From an uncultured Anaerolineales bacterium (GTDB lineage Bacteria > Planctomycetota > Phycisphaerae > FEN-1346), in contig CAZIJC010000001.1 in NCBI GenBank assembly GCA_964539385.1, positions 16,860 through 80,859 of the forward strand: a stretch of DNA of 64,000 bases, read 5' to 3'. A model generated the notes under the pieces. The model made no database searches, was not told the DNA's origin, and worked only from the letters and a program-made list of their open reading frames with translations. Positions 1 to 9,577 of this stretch are shown here, in pieces. Every line of letters starts with the position of its first letter. Positions within the stretch are counted from its first letter, which is position 1. The position numbers and the translations under genes are program-made.

Positions 1-1209
1 GCCGACGAGAGGCACCGCCGGCCAGTCGTCGCCGACCAGCGGGCGGGCGTAGTCGAGGAAGGCGTCGGTCACGTCGCGGCGGTTCGGGGCGATCCAGGCG
101 TCGGGGAACTTTCGCTCGGAGTTCGCCATCTCCTCCAGGGGCACCTTGTCGTACCGGACGCGATAGACGGCGCCGGGTTCGCGCAAAATGGTGGCCATCC
201 ATCCGGTGCCTTCACGAGCGGCGATGAGGGCGGCCTGCCGGCCCACCTTGTACGCCTCGTCCAGGTCCACCGTGGAGGCGTAGATCATGCTGTGCCGCTG
301 GTCGGTGCCGGGGATGTTGCACCGCGGCGCCCCGCGCACCGCCAGGCCCGCCTCGGCCAGGTAGTTGACGATCGTCTGGGCGGCGGTCGTGCCGCTTGAG
401 GAGAACTGGACGTGGCCGAAGGAGTCGCGGCGTGCGCCGAGGTCGCCCACGTCAAAGCCTTCGCTGACGACCACCAGGCACCGGCCGCAACATTTCAGTT
501 CATCGTTGACGGCGTCGGCAAGTTCTTCGAGCGTGACGCCCGCCTCGGCCAGGTAGATGTGCAGCGGAAACCGCCGCTCGGGATCCGCCAGGCGCGCCGC
601 GGCCGGAATGAAACCTATCCGCCGGCCCATCGCCTGCATCACCAGCACCGGGTCGGCCGGGCACGAGCCGGCGTTCTCCTCGTTCGCGCCCTGCACCGCG
701 AGGGCCCAGTACCGTGCGACGCTGCCGTAGCCCGGCGTGTGGTCGATGAGTTGGAACGCCGAGTCGCCGACGTCGTTGTCGATGGTCTTCGGGACGCCCG
801 TGGCCACCAGGTCCAGGCCGCGCTCCTTGGCCAAGCCAGCGATCTTGTTCGCGGTGTCCATCGAGTCGTTGCCGCCCGTGTAGAAGAAGGTGCCGATGTC
901 GTGGGCCTTCAGGACACAGATGACGCGCTCGAAGTCCTCGTCCTGGCCCGCTTTGAGTTTGTAGCGGCAGGTGCCGATGGCGCCGGCGGCGGGCGTGGTG
1001 CGCAGCAGCGCGATCTGGTCGCGCGGCTGGGCCGAGAGGTCCAGGAGTTCCTCCTTCAGGACGCCCTCGATGCCGTGCCATGCGGCGTAAACGGTGCCGA
1101 ACGTTTCGGGCATCTCGAAGCACGTCTCCACGACGCCGCGCACCGAGTTGTTGATGACCGGCGAGGGCCCGCCCGATTGGGCGACGATGACGTTTCGCGG
1201 GTTCGCCAT
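1..1209 (-). CDS. pfp: 6-phosphofructokinase, pyrophosphate-dependent type; partial, C-terminus runs off the window start
   Basis: Reverse-strand ATG at 1207-1209 preceded by a GAAGGAG Shine-Dalgarno (SD) motif. Translation starts MANPRNVIVAQSGGPSPVINN. PFK motifs GGNDS (Asp where ATP-PFKs have Gly) and PKTIDND (Lys at the E. coli G124 position) are the PPi-type signature. The plus-strand tool ORFs 412..1245 and 1258..2508 are antisense artefacts. Confidence 0.7.
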   Translation of the reverse strand, partial: MANPRNVIVAQSGGPSPVINNSVRGVVETCFEMPETFGTVYAAWHGIEGVLKEELLDLSAQPRDQIALLRTTPAAGAIGTCRYKLKAGQDEDFERVICVLKAHDIGTFFYTGGNDSMDTANKIAGLAKERGLDLVATGVPKTIDNDVGDSAFQLIDHTPGYGSVARYWALAVQGANEENAGSCPADPVLVMQAMGRRIGFIPAAARLADPERRFPLHIYLAEAGVTLEELADAVNDELKCCGRCLVVVSEGFDVGDLGARRDSFGHVQFSSSGTTAAQTIVNYLAEAGLAVRGAPRCNIPGTDQRHSMIYASTVDLDEAYKVGRQAALIAAREGTGWMATILREPGAVYRVRYDKVPLEEMANSERKFPDAWIAPNRRDVTDAFLDYARPLVGDDWPAVPLVG

Positions 1210-1215
1210 GCTCGC

Positions 1216-2475
1216 TTACTCCTTCTCCGATTTCAGGCGATATAACGTCTCGCCGGCGTGATCGACAAGCAGAATTCCCTCGTCCTGGCGGCCGATCCAT
1301 TCGGCGGCGCGGATTTCGCGCGGGTCCAGGTAGCCGAGGTTGATCCGCGCGCACCGCTCCTTCGGGATGCCGGTGGCAAGCGTGACTTTGATGCGCGGCT
1401 GCTCGACGCCGCCCGAGTACGTGCCCAGGCCCTTGACGTGCGTCGAGTGGGCCATCACACCGGCGGGCACGTCGGCGAACTTCTCCATCTGCTCGCGGAA
1501 GTAGTCGAGGCAGTGGTAGCCGATCTTATCCAGGATGCGCCCGTGCGTGTAGGAGACCTCGGTGATGTGCGGGGCGTAGATGATGAGTTCGCCGCCGTCG
1601 GCGACGACCGGCTCAAGTTTGTACATCACCTTGCCGGCGGTCCAGAGGTCGTCGTACATTTCGGGTGCGATGCCGAGGACGCGCTTCAGCGGCCGGTCCA
1701 CGTACCGGATGTGGACCTGGGCCGAGAGGTCGGCGGCGGCGCTGAAGGCCTCCTTCGCGTCGCCGATGAACAGGCCCTTGAGGCCCTCGCGCGCCACGAC
1801 CATGTCGAAGTTCGTGACGGGCAGGTCCACCAGTTCGACGGCCCGGTCGATGACCCGCCGCACCACGGTGTCCTTGACGCCGTTGATCTTCCAGTTCGTG
1901 ACCAGCGCGCCCAGCCAGTGGAAGAAGTGGATAATCTCGGGGCCCGCAACGCCGGGGAACAGGTACTTGTGTCCGCCGGAGAAGCCGACCACCTCGTGCG
2001 GGAAGGTGGGCCCGACGATGAAGAGGTGATCGTAGTCGAAGAGCAGCGCGTTCACCTCGACCGGCACGTCGCGGGCGCAGCGGCCCCCCGTCAGGCGGTC
2101 CATCTCGGCCGCCGCCAGCGTGCCGATGACTCTGAGGGCCTCGGGATTGTCCCACTCGTGGTTGAAGATGCGGGCGCCGCCGTACGGGTCGGCCCGTTCT
2201 TCGGGCGTCATCTCCATCAGGCGCAGGACCTTCTCGTCGTCCATCGGCATGTGCGTGCCGAGGGCGATGAGGAAGTCGATCTTCGCGACGCGCCCGAGCA
2301 GCAGGTCGCACAGCGTACGGAACATGAGGCCCACCGGCGCCGTCCGCGTCGAATCGGGAATCAGCGCCAGGACCCGCTTCCCGTCGAGCGGGAGGCCGGC
2401 GAGCGCCTGCTTGCAGAACTCGCGGACTTCCGTATCGGAGAGAACGCCTTCGGTGTGGCCGCGGCCGATGATCAC
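1216..2475 (-). CDS. LarA-like nickel-pincer lactate racemase family protein (DUF2088)
   Basis: Tool ORF 1216..2730, with the likely true start at GTG 2473-2475 (VIIGRGH...) because the upstream part overlaps pdxB. Conserved LarA-family blocks GFSGGHKYLFPG, DSTRTAP and ALGTHMP. TAA stop is 6 nt before the pfp ATG, so the genes are coupled. Confidence 0.6.
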   Translation of the reverse strand: MIIGRGHTEGVLSDTEVREFCKQALAGLPLDGKRVLALIPDSTRTAPVGLMFRTLCDLLLGRVAKIDFLIALGTHMPMDDEKVLRLMEMTPEERADPYGGARIFNHEWDNPEALRVIGTLAAAEMDRLTGGRCARDVPVEVNALLFDYDHLFIVGPTFPHEVVGFSGGHKYLFPGVAGPEIIHFFHWLGALVTNWKINGVKDTVVRRVIDRAVELVDLPVTNFDMVVAREGLKGLFIGDAKEAFSAAADLSAQVHIRYVDRPLKRVLGIAPEMYDDLWTAGKVMYKLEPVVADGGELIIYAPHITEVSYTHGRILDKIGYHCLDYFREQMEKFADVPAGVMAHSTHVKGLGTYSGGVEQPRIKVTLATGIPKERCARINLGYLDPREIRAAEWIGRQDEGILLVDHAGETLYRLKSEKE

Positions 2476-2488
2476 GGCAGGTCCTTTT

Positions 2489-3646
2489 CTATTGCCCGCG
2501 CTCTGTGACGACAGGAAACGCCAGGCCCTCCAGCGCCGCCGCAACGTCCGGGTCCGGCGCGGCCAGTTCGACGGTCGTTTGCGGGAACTCACGGCGGACG
2601 GGGTAGCCCCGGCGGAGCGACGTGAAGTAGTCGCCCCGCTCCCCGGCCGCCCGCGCGAGCATCTTGCGCAGGCGAGCGTCGTCGGCCTCGATATCGTACG
2701 CCGCCGTGATGGCGCCGCCAAGGGCTTCATCGACCGTCAGGCCTGCGGGCAGGGCGACGCGCGGATGGGCGGCCGGCGGCATCAGCGGCGCCGGGTCCCA
2801 CTCGCGCTGGAGGCCGAAATGGCGGCACAGCGCCGCCAGCACCATCCGCGTGCCGTTTACCTTGCCGTCGTAAGAGTACCCGGCGACGTGCGGCGTGGCC
2901 AGGTCCACCTGTTTGAGCAGTTCGGCGTCGATGTTCGGCTCGTTCTCCCACACGTCCAGGACGAGCGGGCCGATGGATCCGGAGCCGATGGCGGCCTTCA
3001 GCGCGCCGGTGTCGGCCACGGCGCCGCGCGACGTGTTGATGAGCGTCACGCCGCGCTTCAGGCCGGCGAGCAGCGGAGCGTCGATCATATGGAACGTGGC
3101 GTCGGGTCCGTCGCGCGTAAGCGGCACGTGCAGCGTCACGACGTCGGCGTCGGCCAGCGCGTCGATGGGCACGTAACACGGGTCGCAGGTCCGCCGCGCC
3201 AGCGGGGGATCGTTGCGAAGGACCGTCATGCCGAGCGCTTCGGCCATCCGGGCCAGGCGCCCGCCGACGTTGCCGACGCCGACGATGCCGAGCACCTGCC
3301 CGGTCATCCGGATGCCTTGCCGTGCCGCCACGACGGCCATCGCCGCCATGACGTATTCCGCCACGCTGCGTGCGTTGGATCCCTGGGCGCTGGCAAACCC
3401 GACGCCGCGCGAGGCAAGGTACTCCAGGTCGACGTGGTCGGTGCCGATCGTCGCGGTGGCGACAAAGCGGACACCGCTGCCGTCGAGCAACGGGGCGTCC
3501 ACGCGTGTGACGCTTCGGACGATCAAGGCGTCGGCGTCGGCGATGGTCTGCGGCGTGATGCGGTCGGCTGGCAAGGCGTGGACCCGGCCCAGGGCGCCGA
3601 AGGCGCCGGCGAGCAGCGGGATGTTCGCGTCGGCGACGATCTTCAC
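2489..3646 (-). CDS. pdxB: Erythronate-4-phosphate dehydrogenase (D-2-hydroxyacid dehydrogenase family with PdxB-type C-terminal domain)
   Basis: 385 aa. N-terminus MKIVADANIPLL is typical of PdxB, with an NAD-binding GIVGVGNVGGRL motif. It is 17 bp downstream of gnd. Confidence 0.6.
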   Translation of the reverse strand: MKIVADANIPLLAGAFGALGRVHALPADRITPQTIADADALIVRSVTRVDAPLLDGSGVRFVATATIGTDHVDLEYLASRGVGFASAQGSNARSVAEYVMAAMAVVAARQGIRMTGQVLGIVGVGNVGGRLARMAEALGMTVLRNDPPLARRTCDPCYVPIDALADADVVTLHVPLTRDGPDATFHMIDAPLLAGLKRGVTLINTSRGAVADTGALKAAIGSGSIGPLVLDVWENEPNIDAELLKQVDLATPHVAGYSYDGKVNGTRMVLAALCRHFGLQREWDPAPLMPPAAHPRVALPAGLTVDEALGGAITAAYDIEADDARLRKMLARAAGERGDYFTSLRRGYPVRREFPQTTVELAAPDPDVAAALEGLAFPVVTERGQ

Positions 3647-3665
3647 GCGCTTGCCCCGGGCCGCG

Positions 3666-5081
3666 TCAGGACGAATCGGTCCAGTGCGTGTGGAAGGCGC
3701 CCTTGCGGTCGGTCCGTTCGTAGGTGTGGGCGCCGAAGTAGTCTCGCTGAGCCTGGGTCAGATTCTGAGGCAGCCGGGCCGTGCGATACGAGTCGATATA
3801 CCCCAGGACGGACGAGAGGCCGAGAACCGGCACGCCGGCCGTCATCGCCTCGGCAATGACTTTCCGCAGGGACCGGGTGCGGGCGTTGATGATTTTCGCC
3901 AACCGCTTGTCCACGAGGAGGTTGGCCAGTTTCGGGTTTCCTTTGTACGCCGACGCTATCGCCTCCAGCAGTTTCGACCGGATGATGCACCCGCCTTTCC
4001 AGATGCGGGCGACCGCGTCGAGCGCCAGGTTGTAGTCGTACTCGTTCGAGGCGGCCCGCAGCAGCGCCATTCCCTGGGCGTAACAGGAGATGACGGCCAC
4101 GTAGAGGGCGTCGCGGGAGGCCCGGATGAACTGCGTCCGGTGCATGGACGCGCGGTGGACGCGCGGGCCCTTGAGAATCTTCGACGCCGCCACACGCTCG
4201 TCCTTGAACGCCGAGAGGATGCGGCCCTCGACGGCCATGTCGATCGTCGGGACGGCGATGCCGAGGTCCAGCGCGCTCTGGCTGGTCCACTTGCCGGTGC
4301 CTTTCTGGCCGGCCTTGTCGAGGATAACATCGACGAGCGGCTTGCCGGTGTCGGGGTCCACGCGTGCGAGGCAGGCCGTTGTAATCTCCACCAGGTAGCC
4401 GCCCAGTTCGGCTTTGTTCCACTTGCCGAAGGTCTGGCTTATCTCGGCGGGCTTCATGCGGAGGACCGCCTGGAGGGTGTCGTAGACCTCGGCGATGCAC
4501 TGCATCATGCCGTACTCGATGCCGTTGTGGACCATCTTGACGTAGTGGCCGGCGCCGCGCGGACCGATGTGGGTGCAGCAGGGCCCGTCGAGCTGGGCGG
4601 CGCATTTCTCCAGGACGTTTCTGACGAGGGCGTAGGCCTTCTTCGACCCGCCCGGCATGATGCACGGGCCGTGCAGGGCGCCTTCCTCGCCGCCCGAGAC
4701 GCCGGTGCCGATGTAGAGGATGCCGTCGGCGGCAAGGTCGTCGAGGCGCCGCTCGGTGTCTTTGAAGAACGAGTTGCCGCCGTCTATCAAAAGGTCGCCC
4801 TTCTGAAGATGCGGACGGAATTGCGCGATCATCGAATCGACGGCCTCGCCGGCCTTGACCATGAGGATGATTCTGCGCGGCCGCTCCAGCACGCTGCACA
4901 GTTCCTCCGGGCTGTAAGCGCCGACGATGTTCCTGCCTGCTGCCTGGTTCTCGATGAACCGCGTAACCTTGGCGACGGTTCGGTTGAAGACAGCGACCGA
5001 GAACCCGTTGCTTTCGATGTTGAGGGCGAGGTTCTCGCCCATGACGGCCAAGCCGACGAGCCCAACCTGTTGTTTCGCCAT
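3666..5081 (-). CDS. gnd: 6-phosphogluconate dehydrogenase, decarboxylating
   Basis: Tool ORF 3666..5207. The internal Met MAKQQVGLVGLAVMGENLALN matches the canonical Gnd N-terminus (NAD(P)-binding GLxVMG). Strong full-length similarity to the Gnd family. Confidence 0.85.
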   Translation of the reverse strand: MAKQQVGLVGLAVMGENLALNIESNGFSVAVFNRTVAKVTRFIENQAAGRNIVGAYSPEELCSVLERPRRIILMVKAGEAVDSMIAQFRPHLQKGDLLIDGGNSFFKDTERRLDDLAADGILYIGTGVSGGEEGALHGPCIMPGGSKKAYALVRNVLEKCAAQLDGPCCTHIGPRGAGHYVKMVHNGIEYGMMQCIAEVYDTLQAVLRMKPAEISQTFGKWNKAELGGYLVEITTACLARVDPDTGKPLVDVILDKAGQKGTGKWTSQSALDLGIAVPTIDMAVEGRILSAFKDERVAASKILKGPRVHRASMHRTQFIRASRDALYVAVISCYAQGMALLRAASNEYDYNLALDAVARIWKGGCIIRSKLLEAIASAYKGNPKLANLLVDKRLAKIINARTRSLRKVIAEAMTAGVPVLGLSSVLGYIDSYRTARLPQNLTQAQRDYFGAHTYERTDRKGAFHTHWTDSS

Positions 5082-5206
5082 CGTTGCAGCCTCCTTCAGC
5101 GTTTCTGTCTCACCCGGCCGGTCACAAGTGTGCCGTCGCGCCGTCCGCAGAGACGGGTATTCTATCAGCCCGGTACCGACTGTCAAGATAACGGCGGCTG
5201 GAGGCA

Positions 5207-5236
5207 ATTGACATCTGCCACCTGCCTCGCGTACGA
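5207..5236 (+). promoter_or_regulatory. Candidate sigma-70 promoter (TTGACA, 18 bp spacer, TACGAT) for the ferredoxin-terpenoid operon
   Basis: TTGACAtctgccacctgcctcgcgTACGAT lies about 200 nt upstream of the GTG at 5442, in the divergent region between gnd and the plus-strand operon. Confidence 0.3.
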
Positions 5237-5383
5237 TACAGTGAGTGACCGGCGGTCCACCGCCGCCCTCTCAGGCGGACGCATCTATTGTCGCAACCAT
5301 CCCGGCGAGATGGTCTGCCTGGACGTGCGGGGCAAGTGGCACGGTCGGCCGAGAAGATGAGCGACACTGCGAGCGGCCCGACG

Positions 5384-5421
5384 CCGTTTCGGGCCTCCCG
5401 AAAACGGGGGTTGATCTTTTT
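5384..5421 (+). other. Leader hairpin followed by a T7 tract (terminator-like or attenuator-like) in the 5' UTR of the terpenoid operon
   Basis: ccgTTTCGGGcctCCCGAAAacgg forms a stem; it is followed 9 nt later by tcttttttt. This is not a canonical intrinsic terminator geometry. Confidence 0.25.
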
Positions 5422-5441
5422 TTCGCGCAAAGGACTTTCAC

Positions 5442-6266
5442 GTGAGTTCGTCGCCTACCATACTTTACTGCAATTGCACGTACGGCGGCGCTGTGCCCCT
5501 CGACGTGCGAGAGGCCGTGTTGGAGGGGCTCGTGGCGTCGGGCGTGCCGTTCGAGCCGGTGGCCGACCTGTGCGAACTGGCCGCACGACGCGACCCGTCG
5601 CTGGAGCGCCTCGCCCGGTGCGACGACCTGCATGTCATCGCGTGCTATCCGCGAGCGGTCAGGTGGCTGTTCGCTTGCGCCGGTGCGCCGCTGGCCGACG
5701 GCGCCGTCATCCACAACATGCGCGAGCAAAGCGCGGACGACATCCTGGCTCATTTAGCCCCCCACACTCATTTAGCCCCCCGTGAAGACACCACTTATTT
5801 AACCCCCCGTGAACACACGGGGGGCAACCCCCAAACAACCCACAAGCCCCCCCAACCGACACCGACTTTCCCCGAGAGGCAGCCCGGCGAGTGGATCGCC
5901 TGGTATCCGGTCATCGACTACGACCGGTGCCGGAACTGCAAACAGTGCCTGGAGTTCTGCCTGTTCGGCGCGTTCGCGCTCGATGATGCCGGCACGGTCC
6001 GCGTCGCGGCGCCCGACCGCTGCAAACTGAACTGCCCGGCGTGCGCGCGGGTGTGCCCGGCGTCGGCCATCATCTTCCCGAAGTTCCGCGAGGGCGGCCC
6101 CATCGCCGGCAACGAGGGCGTGCTGACCGAATCGGCCGAAGAAGGCATAAAGGCCGACATCAAACGCCTCTCGAAAGGTGACGTCATGGACGTGCTCCGC
6201 AAACGCGCCGCTCGCGCCCGCGCCGAGGCCGCCAAAAAGCACTCGACGGAGCAACCCGACCGGTGA
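5442..6266 (+). CDS. 2[4Fe-4S] ferredoxin-domain protein with an N-terminal Cys-containing domain and a His/Pro/Thr-rich linker
   Basis: GTG start. C-terminal [11 protein letters not shown] and [13 protein letters not shown] are classic CxxCxxCxxxC(P) motifs. N-terminal [10 protein letters not shown] weakly resembles MvhD/FlpD-type domains. The linker is encoded by a short nucleotide tandem repeat at about 5750-5800. Its stop overlaps the next gene start (GTGA). Confidence 0.6.
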   Translation: MSSSPTILYCNCTYGGAVPLDVREAVLEGLVASGVPFEPVADLCELAARRDPSLERLARCDDLHVIACYPRAVRWLFACAGAPLADGAVIHNMREQSADDILAHLAPHTHLAPREDTTYLTPREHTGGNPQTTHKPPQPTPTFPERQPGEWIAWYPVIDYDRCRNCKQCLEFCLFGAFALDDAGTVRVAAPDRCKLNCPACARVCPASAIIFPKFREGGPIAGNEGVLTESAEEGIKADIKRLSKGDVMDVLRKRAARARAEAAKKHSTEQPDR

Positions 6267-7834
6267 CCGCGTCCCTGAAACCCGCTGTCGTTCTCGTGGC
6301 CGACCGCACGCTCAGCGCGCGGTACAACGTGCTGTTCGAGGGCATCTTCGCCACGATGCAGACCACCCACGTCCCGGAAATCGCGATGCGGCGCCTCATC
6401 GCGCCGCAGACACACGTAGATTCGCACGGCCGTGCCCGCACCGTCCCGATCGGTCTGCGGCGCGTGGAATCGGCGCTGCTGGCCCGGACGCCGCTCACCC
6501 CGCGCGACGTCGTGTGCACCACCCCGGAAGCCCTGCCGCGGCTGCTCGGACCGTGGACGCGCCTCGTGGGCGTCAGTTCTTCCGACCCGCTCGGCCACGG
6601 CATGAGCAACACCACAACCACCCAGTTCTGGAAGGGCAGTCTGTACACCCGCGTCTGGACCGACCGGCTGATGCATAACCTGGCCGACGCCAGGCGCCGC
6701 TACAGGTTCCACATCGTCGGCGGCGGGGCCGGTGCATGGCAGTGGGTCCGGTACCCGCGGGAAGCGGCGCGCCACGGCCTCGATACCATTTTCGAAGGCC
6801 ACTTCGAAGACGACGGACCCGACACGTTCATGCAACTGGTGGGCGGCCAGGCGGCGCCGCCACACGTGGTCGCCTCTTCGTGCGCCACCGACCGCATTGA
6901 GCCCATGTGCGGGGCGTCGCTGCTCGGCGTCGTCGAACTCTCACGTGGATGCGGCAAAGGGTGCAGGTTTTGCGTCATGGCCCGCCAGAAGATGGAACAC
7001 CTGCCGGCCGAGACGATCCTGGCCGACGTCGAGACAAACCTGGCGGCCGGCGTCCGGTCGGTCGTTTCGGGCAGCGAGGATTTCTTCCGTTACGGCGCCC
7101 GGGGCCCGCGGGTTAACTTTGGGCGGCTGCGGTCGCTGCTGGAGCAGATGCGCAGGCTTCGCGGCCCCGGCTTCATGCAGATTAACCACGCGAACGTCTC
7201 GTCGGTCCTCCAGTTGGAGGAGGACGAACTCCGCGAGATCCGACGCCTGCTCGAGTGGGAAAGCAAGACGGATTACCTGTGGGTCAACCTGGGCGTCGAA
7301 AGTGCCAGCGGCCGCCTCGTCCATGCCAACGGCCCCGGCAAGATCGCCCCGTTTGACCCCGACGACTGGGAGGACATGGTTCACCAGACGGCCGACCGTT
7401 TGACCCGGACCGGTTTCTTCCCGGTCTTCAGCATCATTCTGGGACTGCCGGGCGAAACACCCGACGACGTGGACCGCACGCGCCGCCTGGTCGCGCACCT
7501 GGCCACCCGGCGGGTGGCCGTGTTCCCCGTGTTTTACGAGCCCGTAGGCGTCGGAGAACCCGCTGACGGCGAGCCGTTCGGCATCCCGGCGATGACCGAG
7601 CAGCACCTGGACCTGTACACGGCGTGCTACGAGATCAATTTCAAGTGGATTCCGCGGCTGTATTGGGATAATCAGAAGGCGGGAGGCGTCGGCCCGCTGA
7701 AGCGCCTCCTGGTCCAGGTGCTCGGACGGGCCGAGGTCCGCTCGTGGCGCCGCAACTTCGCCCGTGTCCGTCGCCGCATCGCCCAGCGCGATGCCCACGC
7801 CGCTGGGGCGCGAAAAAAGGGCGAGGCCGCTTAG
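6263..7834 (+). CDS. Radical SAM protein with an N-terminal Rossmann-like, B12-binding-like domain
   Basis: 523 aa. Cys triad in [13 protein letters not shown] (C-x3-C-x2-C). N-terminal AVVLVAD...[13 protein letters not shown] resembles cobalamin-binding domains of class B rSAM enzymes. GTG start overlaps the ferredoxin stop, indicating translational coupling. Confidence 0.6.
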   Translation: MTASLKPAVVLVADRTLSARYNVLFEGIFATMQTTHVPEIAMRRLIAPQTHVDSHGRARTVPIGLRRVESALLARTPLTPRDVVCTTPEALPRLLGPWTRLVGVSSSDPLGHGMSNTTTTQFWKGSLYTRVWTDRLMHNLADARRRYRFHIVGGGAGAWQWVRYPREAARHGLDTIFEGHFEDDGPDTFMQLVGGQAAPPHVVASSCATDRIEPMCGASLLGVVELSRGCGKGCRFCVMARQKMEHLPAETILADVETNLAAGVRSVVSGSEDFFRYGARGPRVNFGRLRSLLEQMRRLRGPGFMQINHANVSSVLQLEEDELREIRRLLEWESKTDYLWVNLGVESASGRLVHANGPGKIAPFDPDDWEDMVHQTADRLTRTGFFPVFSIILGLPGETPDDVDRTRRLVAHLATRRVAVFPVFYEPVGVGEPADGEPFGIPAMTEQHLDLYTACYEINFKWIPRLYWDNQKAGGVGPLKRLLVQVLGRAEVRSWRRNFARVRRRIAQRDAHAAGARKKGEAA

Positions 7835-7840
7835 CCGCGC

Positions 7841-7868
7841 GGTTAGCCGCCGGGCTTGCCCGGCGCGT
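7841..7868. repeat. REP-like GC-rich hairpin (CGCCGGGC-ttg-GCCCGGCG), copy 1
   Basis: ggttagccgccgggcttgcccggcgcg sits immediately after the rSAM stop. An identical 27-mer recurs at 13646-13672. Confidence 0.6.
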
Positions 7869-7908
7869 TACGTGACCCGCCCGTACGGGCGCATTATGAA
7901 GGATACCT

Positions 7909-9564
7909 ATGACCGCACCCCTCGAAACAACCGGCCCCCTTCACCTGCCGGAAGCGGCCAAACCGTCGGCGCCCAACCGCGACCAGGTTCCACAGGCCAA
8001 GGCCGAGCGCCGGCGATTGCGCGCCGCCGTCCGTGAATACGTCGTGACGCACCGGCCCGTGCCGCCGTTCACGATGGACGACCTGGCCCTGCATTCCGGC
8101 CGCGTGCTCGACGCCACCGGCGCCGACGAAAAGCACCGTAAATGGATCTCCGTCCTGATAAGCAACGCCGCCTGGCGTGACTGGGTCGCCGCCGTCCCGT
8201 TCGACCGTCGCCTGCTGCTCCTGCCGAAATGCCTGCGCGACGACCGCGACTGCGAGGGAACGTTCGACGAGTTCGGCCTGCTGTGCGCCGACTGCGGCCG
8301 GTGCCCCATCACCGACCTCAAGAACGAGGCCGAGGCCCTCGGTTACGTCGTTCTGATCGCCGAAGGCACACCCGCCGTCATATCGCTCCTGGAGACCGGC
8401 AGCATCGACGCCGTCGTGGGCGTCAGTTGCATGTCGGCGCTCGAGAGCGTTTACCCCTTGATGGAAGCCGCCGCCATCCCCGGCATAGCCATCCCGCTGC
8501 TGTACGACGGGTGTGTCAACACCGCCGTGGACCTGGACTGGGTGCGCGAGGCCATTCACCTGAACGGTGGCCCGGACCGGCCCCCGCTCGACCTCGACGC
8601 CCTCCGCCGCCAGGTTCAGTCCTGGTTCACCGCCGAGGCGCTCGACGAGGTGCTCGGACCGCCGACCGGCGAGACCCAGCGCCTTGCCCGCGACTGGCTC
8701 GCCCGGTCGGGCAAACGATGGAGGCCGCTGCTGGCCGTCTGCGCTTTCAAAGCACTCCAGGACGCGGCCGACGCACCGCTGCCGGAGGAAATCCACCGCC
8801 TTGCCCTGGCCATTGAGTGTTTTCACAAAGCGTCGCTGATTCACGACGACATCGAAGACGGCGACGACCTGCGCTACGGCCAGTTGACACTCCACAACGA
8901 ATATGGCCTGCCGGTGGCGCTGAACGTGGGTGACTTCCTGGTCGGCGAAGGCTACCGGCTCATCGCCGAGTCGGGCCGGCCGGCCGAAGAGCGGGCCGAG
9001 ATGCTGCTTGCGGCAGCCCACGGCCACCGCGACCTGACGATCGGCCAGGGCTCCGAACTGTGCTGGGCCCGCAAGCCCCTGCCGCTCTCGGTTGATGCCG
9101 TCATCGACATCTTCCGCCGCAAAACCTCCCCTGCCTTCGAGGTGGCGCTGCGCCTGGGCGCCATCGCCGCCGGCGCCCGCGACGAGGTCTGGGACGTCCT
9201 CCACCGTTGCAGCGAGGCACTCGGCATCGCCTACCAGATCGCCGACGACCTGAAGGACCTCAACAGTGACGACGGGCCGAGCGACGTGACCGCAATGCGT
9301 CCGTCGATACTGCTGGCCATCGCCTACGAGCAGGCCGGTGCAGGCGACCGCGAGTTTTTCGAGGCCGTATGGCGGCGGTCCTCCGATGCGCCGGCCGACG
9401 AGATCCGCCGGCGGTTCCGGGCCATGGGTGTCGAGGACGAGGCCCGCCGACTCCTTGAAGACTACGAAGACCAGGCCACACGATGCCTGCGACCGCTGAC
9501 CAGCACCGACCTGAAAAGCCTGCTCCGCCGCGTCGTTTTCAAGATCTTCCGTCGCCGGCCATGA
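7909..9564 (+). CDS. DUF116-domain::polyprenyl diphosphate synthase (trans-isoprenyl diphosphate synthase, trans-IPPS) fusion protein
   Basis: 551 aa, ATG with an AAGGA SD. The N-terminal ~270 aa carries a Cys cluster LLLPKCLRDDRDCEGTFDEFGLLCADCGRCP, consistent with DUF116. The C-terminal half has GKRWRP, the first Asp-rich motif LIHDDIEDGDD and the second Asp-rich motif YQIADDLKD. Small residues (A, S) at -5/-4 of the first motif suggest a product of C20 or longer. Confidence 0.7.
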   Translation: MTAPLETTGPLHLPEAAKPSAPNRDQVPQAKAERRRLRAAVREYVVTHRPVPPFTMDDLALHSGRVLDATGADEKHRKWISVLISNAAWRDWVAAVPFDRRLLLLPKCLRDDRDCEGTFDEFGLLCADCGRCPITDLKNEAEALGYVVLIAEGTPAVISLLETGSIDAVVGVSCMSALESVYPLMEAAAIPGIAIPLLYDGCVNTAVDLDWVREAIHLNGGPDRPPLDLDALRRQVQSWFTAEALDEVLGPPTGETQRLARDWLARSGKRWRPLLAVCAFKALQDAADAPLPEEIHRLALAIECFHKASLIHDDIEDGDDLRYGQLTLHNEYGLPVALNVGDFLVGEGYRLIAESGRPAEERAEMLLAAAHGHRDLTIGQGSELCWARKPLPLSVDAVIDIFRRKTSPAFEVALRLGAIAAGARDEVWDVLHRCSEALGIAYQIADDLKDLNSDDGPSDVTAMRPSILLAIAYEQAGAGDREFFEAVWRRSSDAPADEIRRRFRAMGVEDEARRLLEDYEDQATRCLRPLTSTDLKSLLRRVVFKIFRRRP

Positions 9565-9577
9565 GGAACGTCGCCCC

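Noticed and set aside
412-5360. Long plus-strand tool ORFs (412..1245, 1258..2508, 2120..3859, 3213..5360) overlapping the pfp-larA-pdxB-gnd genes
   Set aside because: They are antisense to four well-supported, family-recognisable genes and are low-complexity Arg/Ala/Pro-rich. These are typical GC-rich antisense artefacts.
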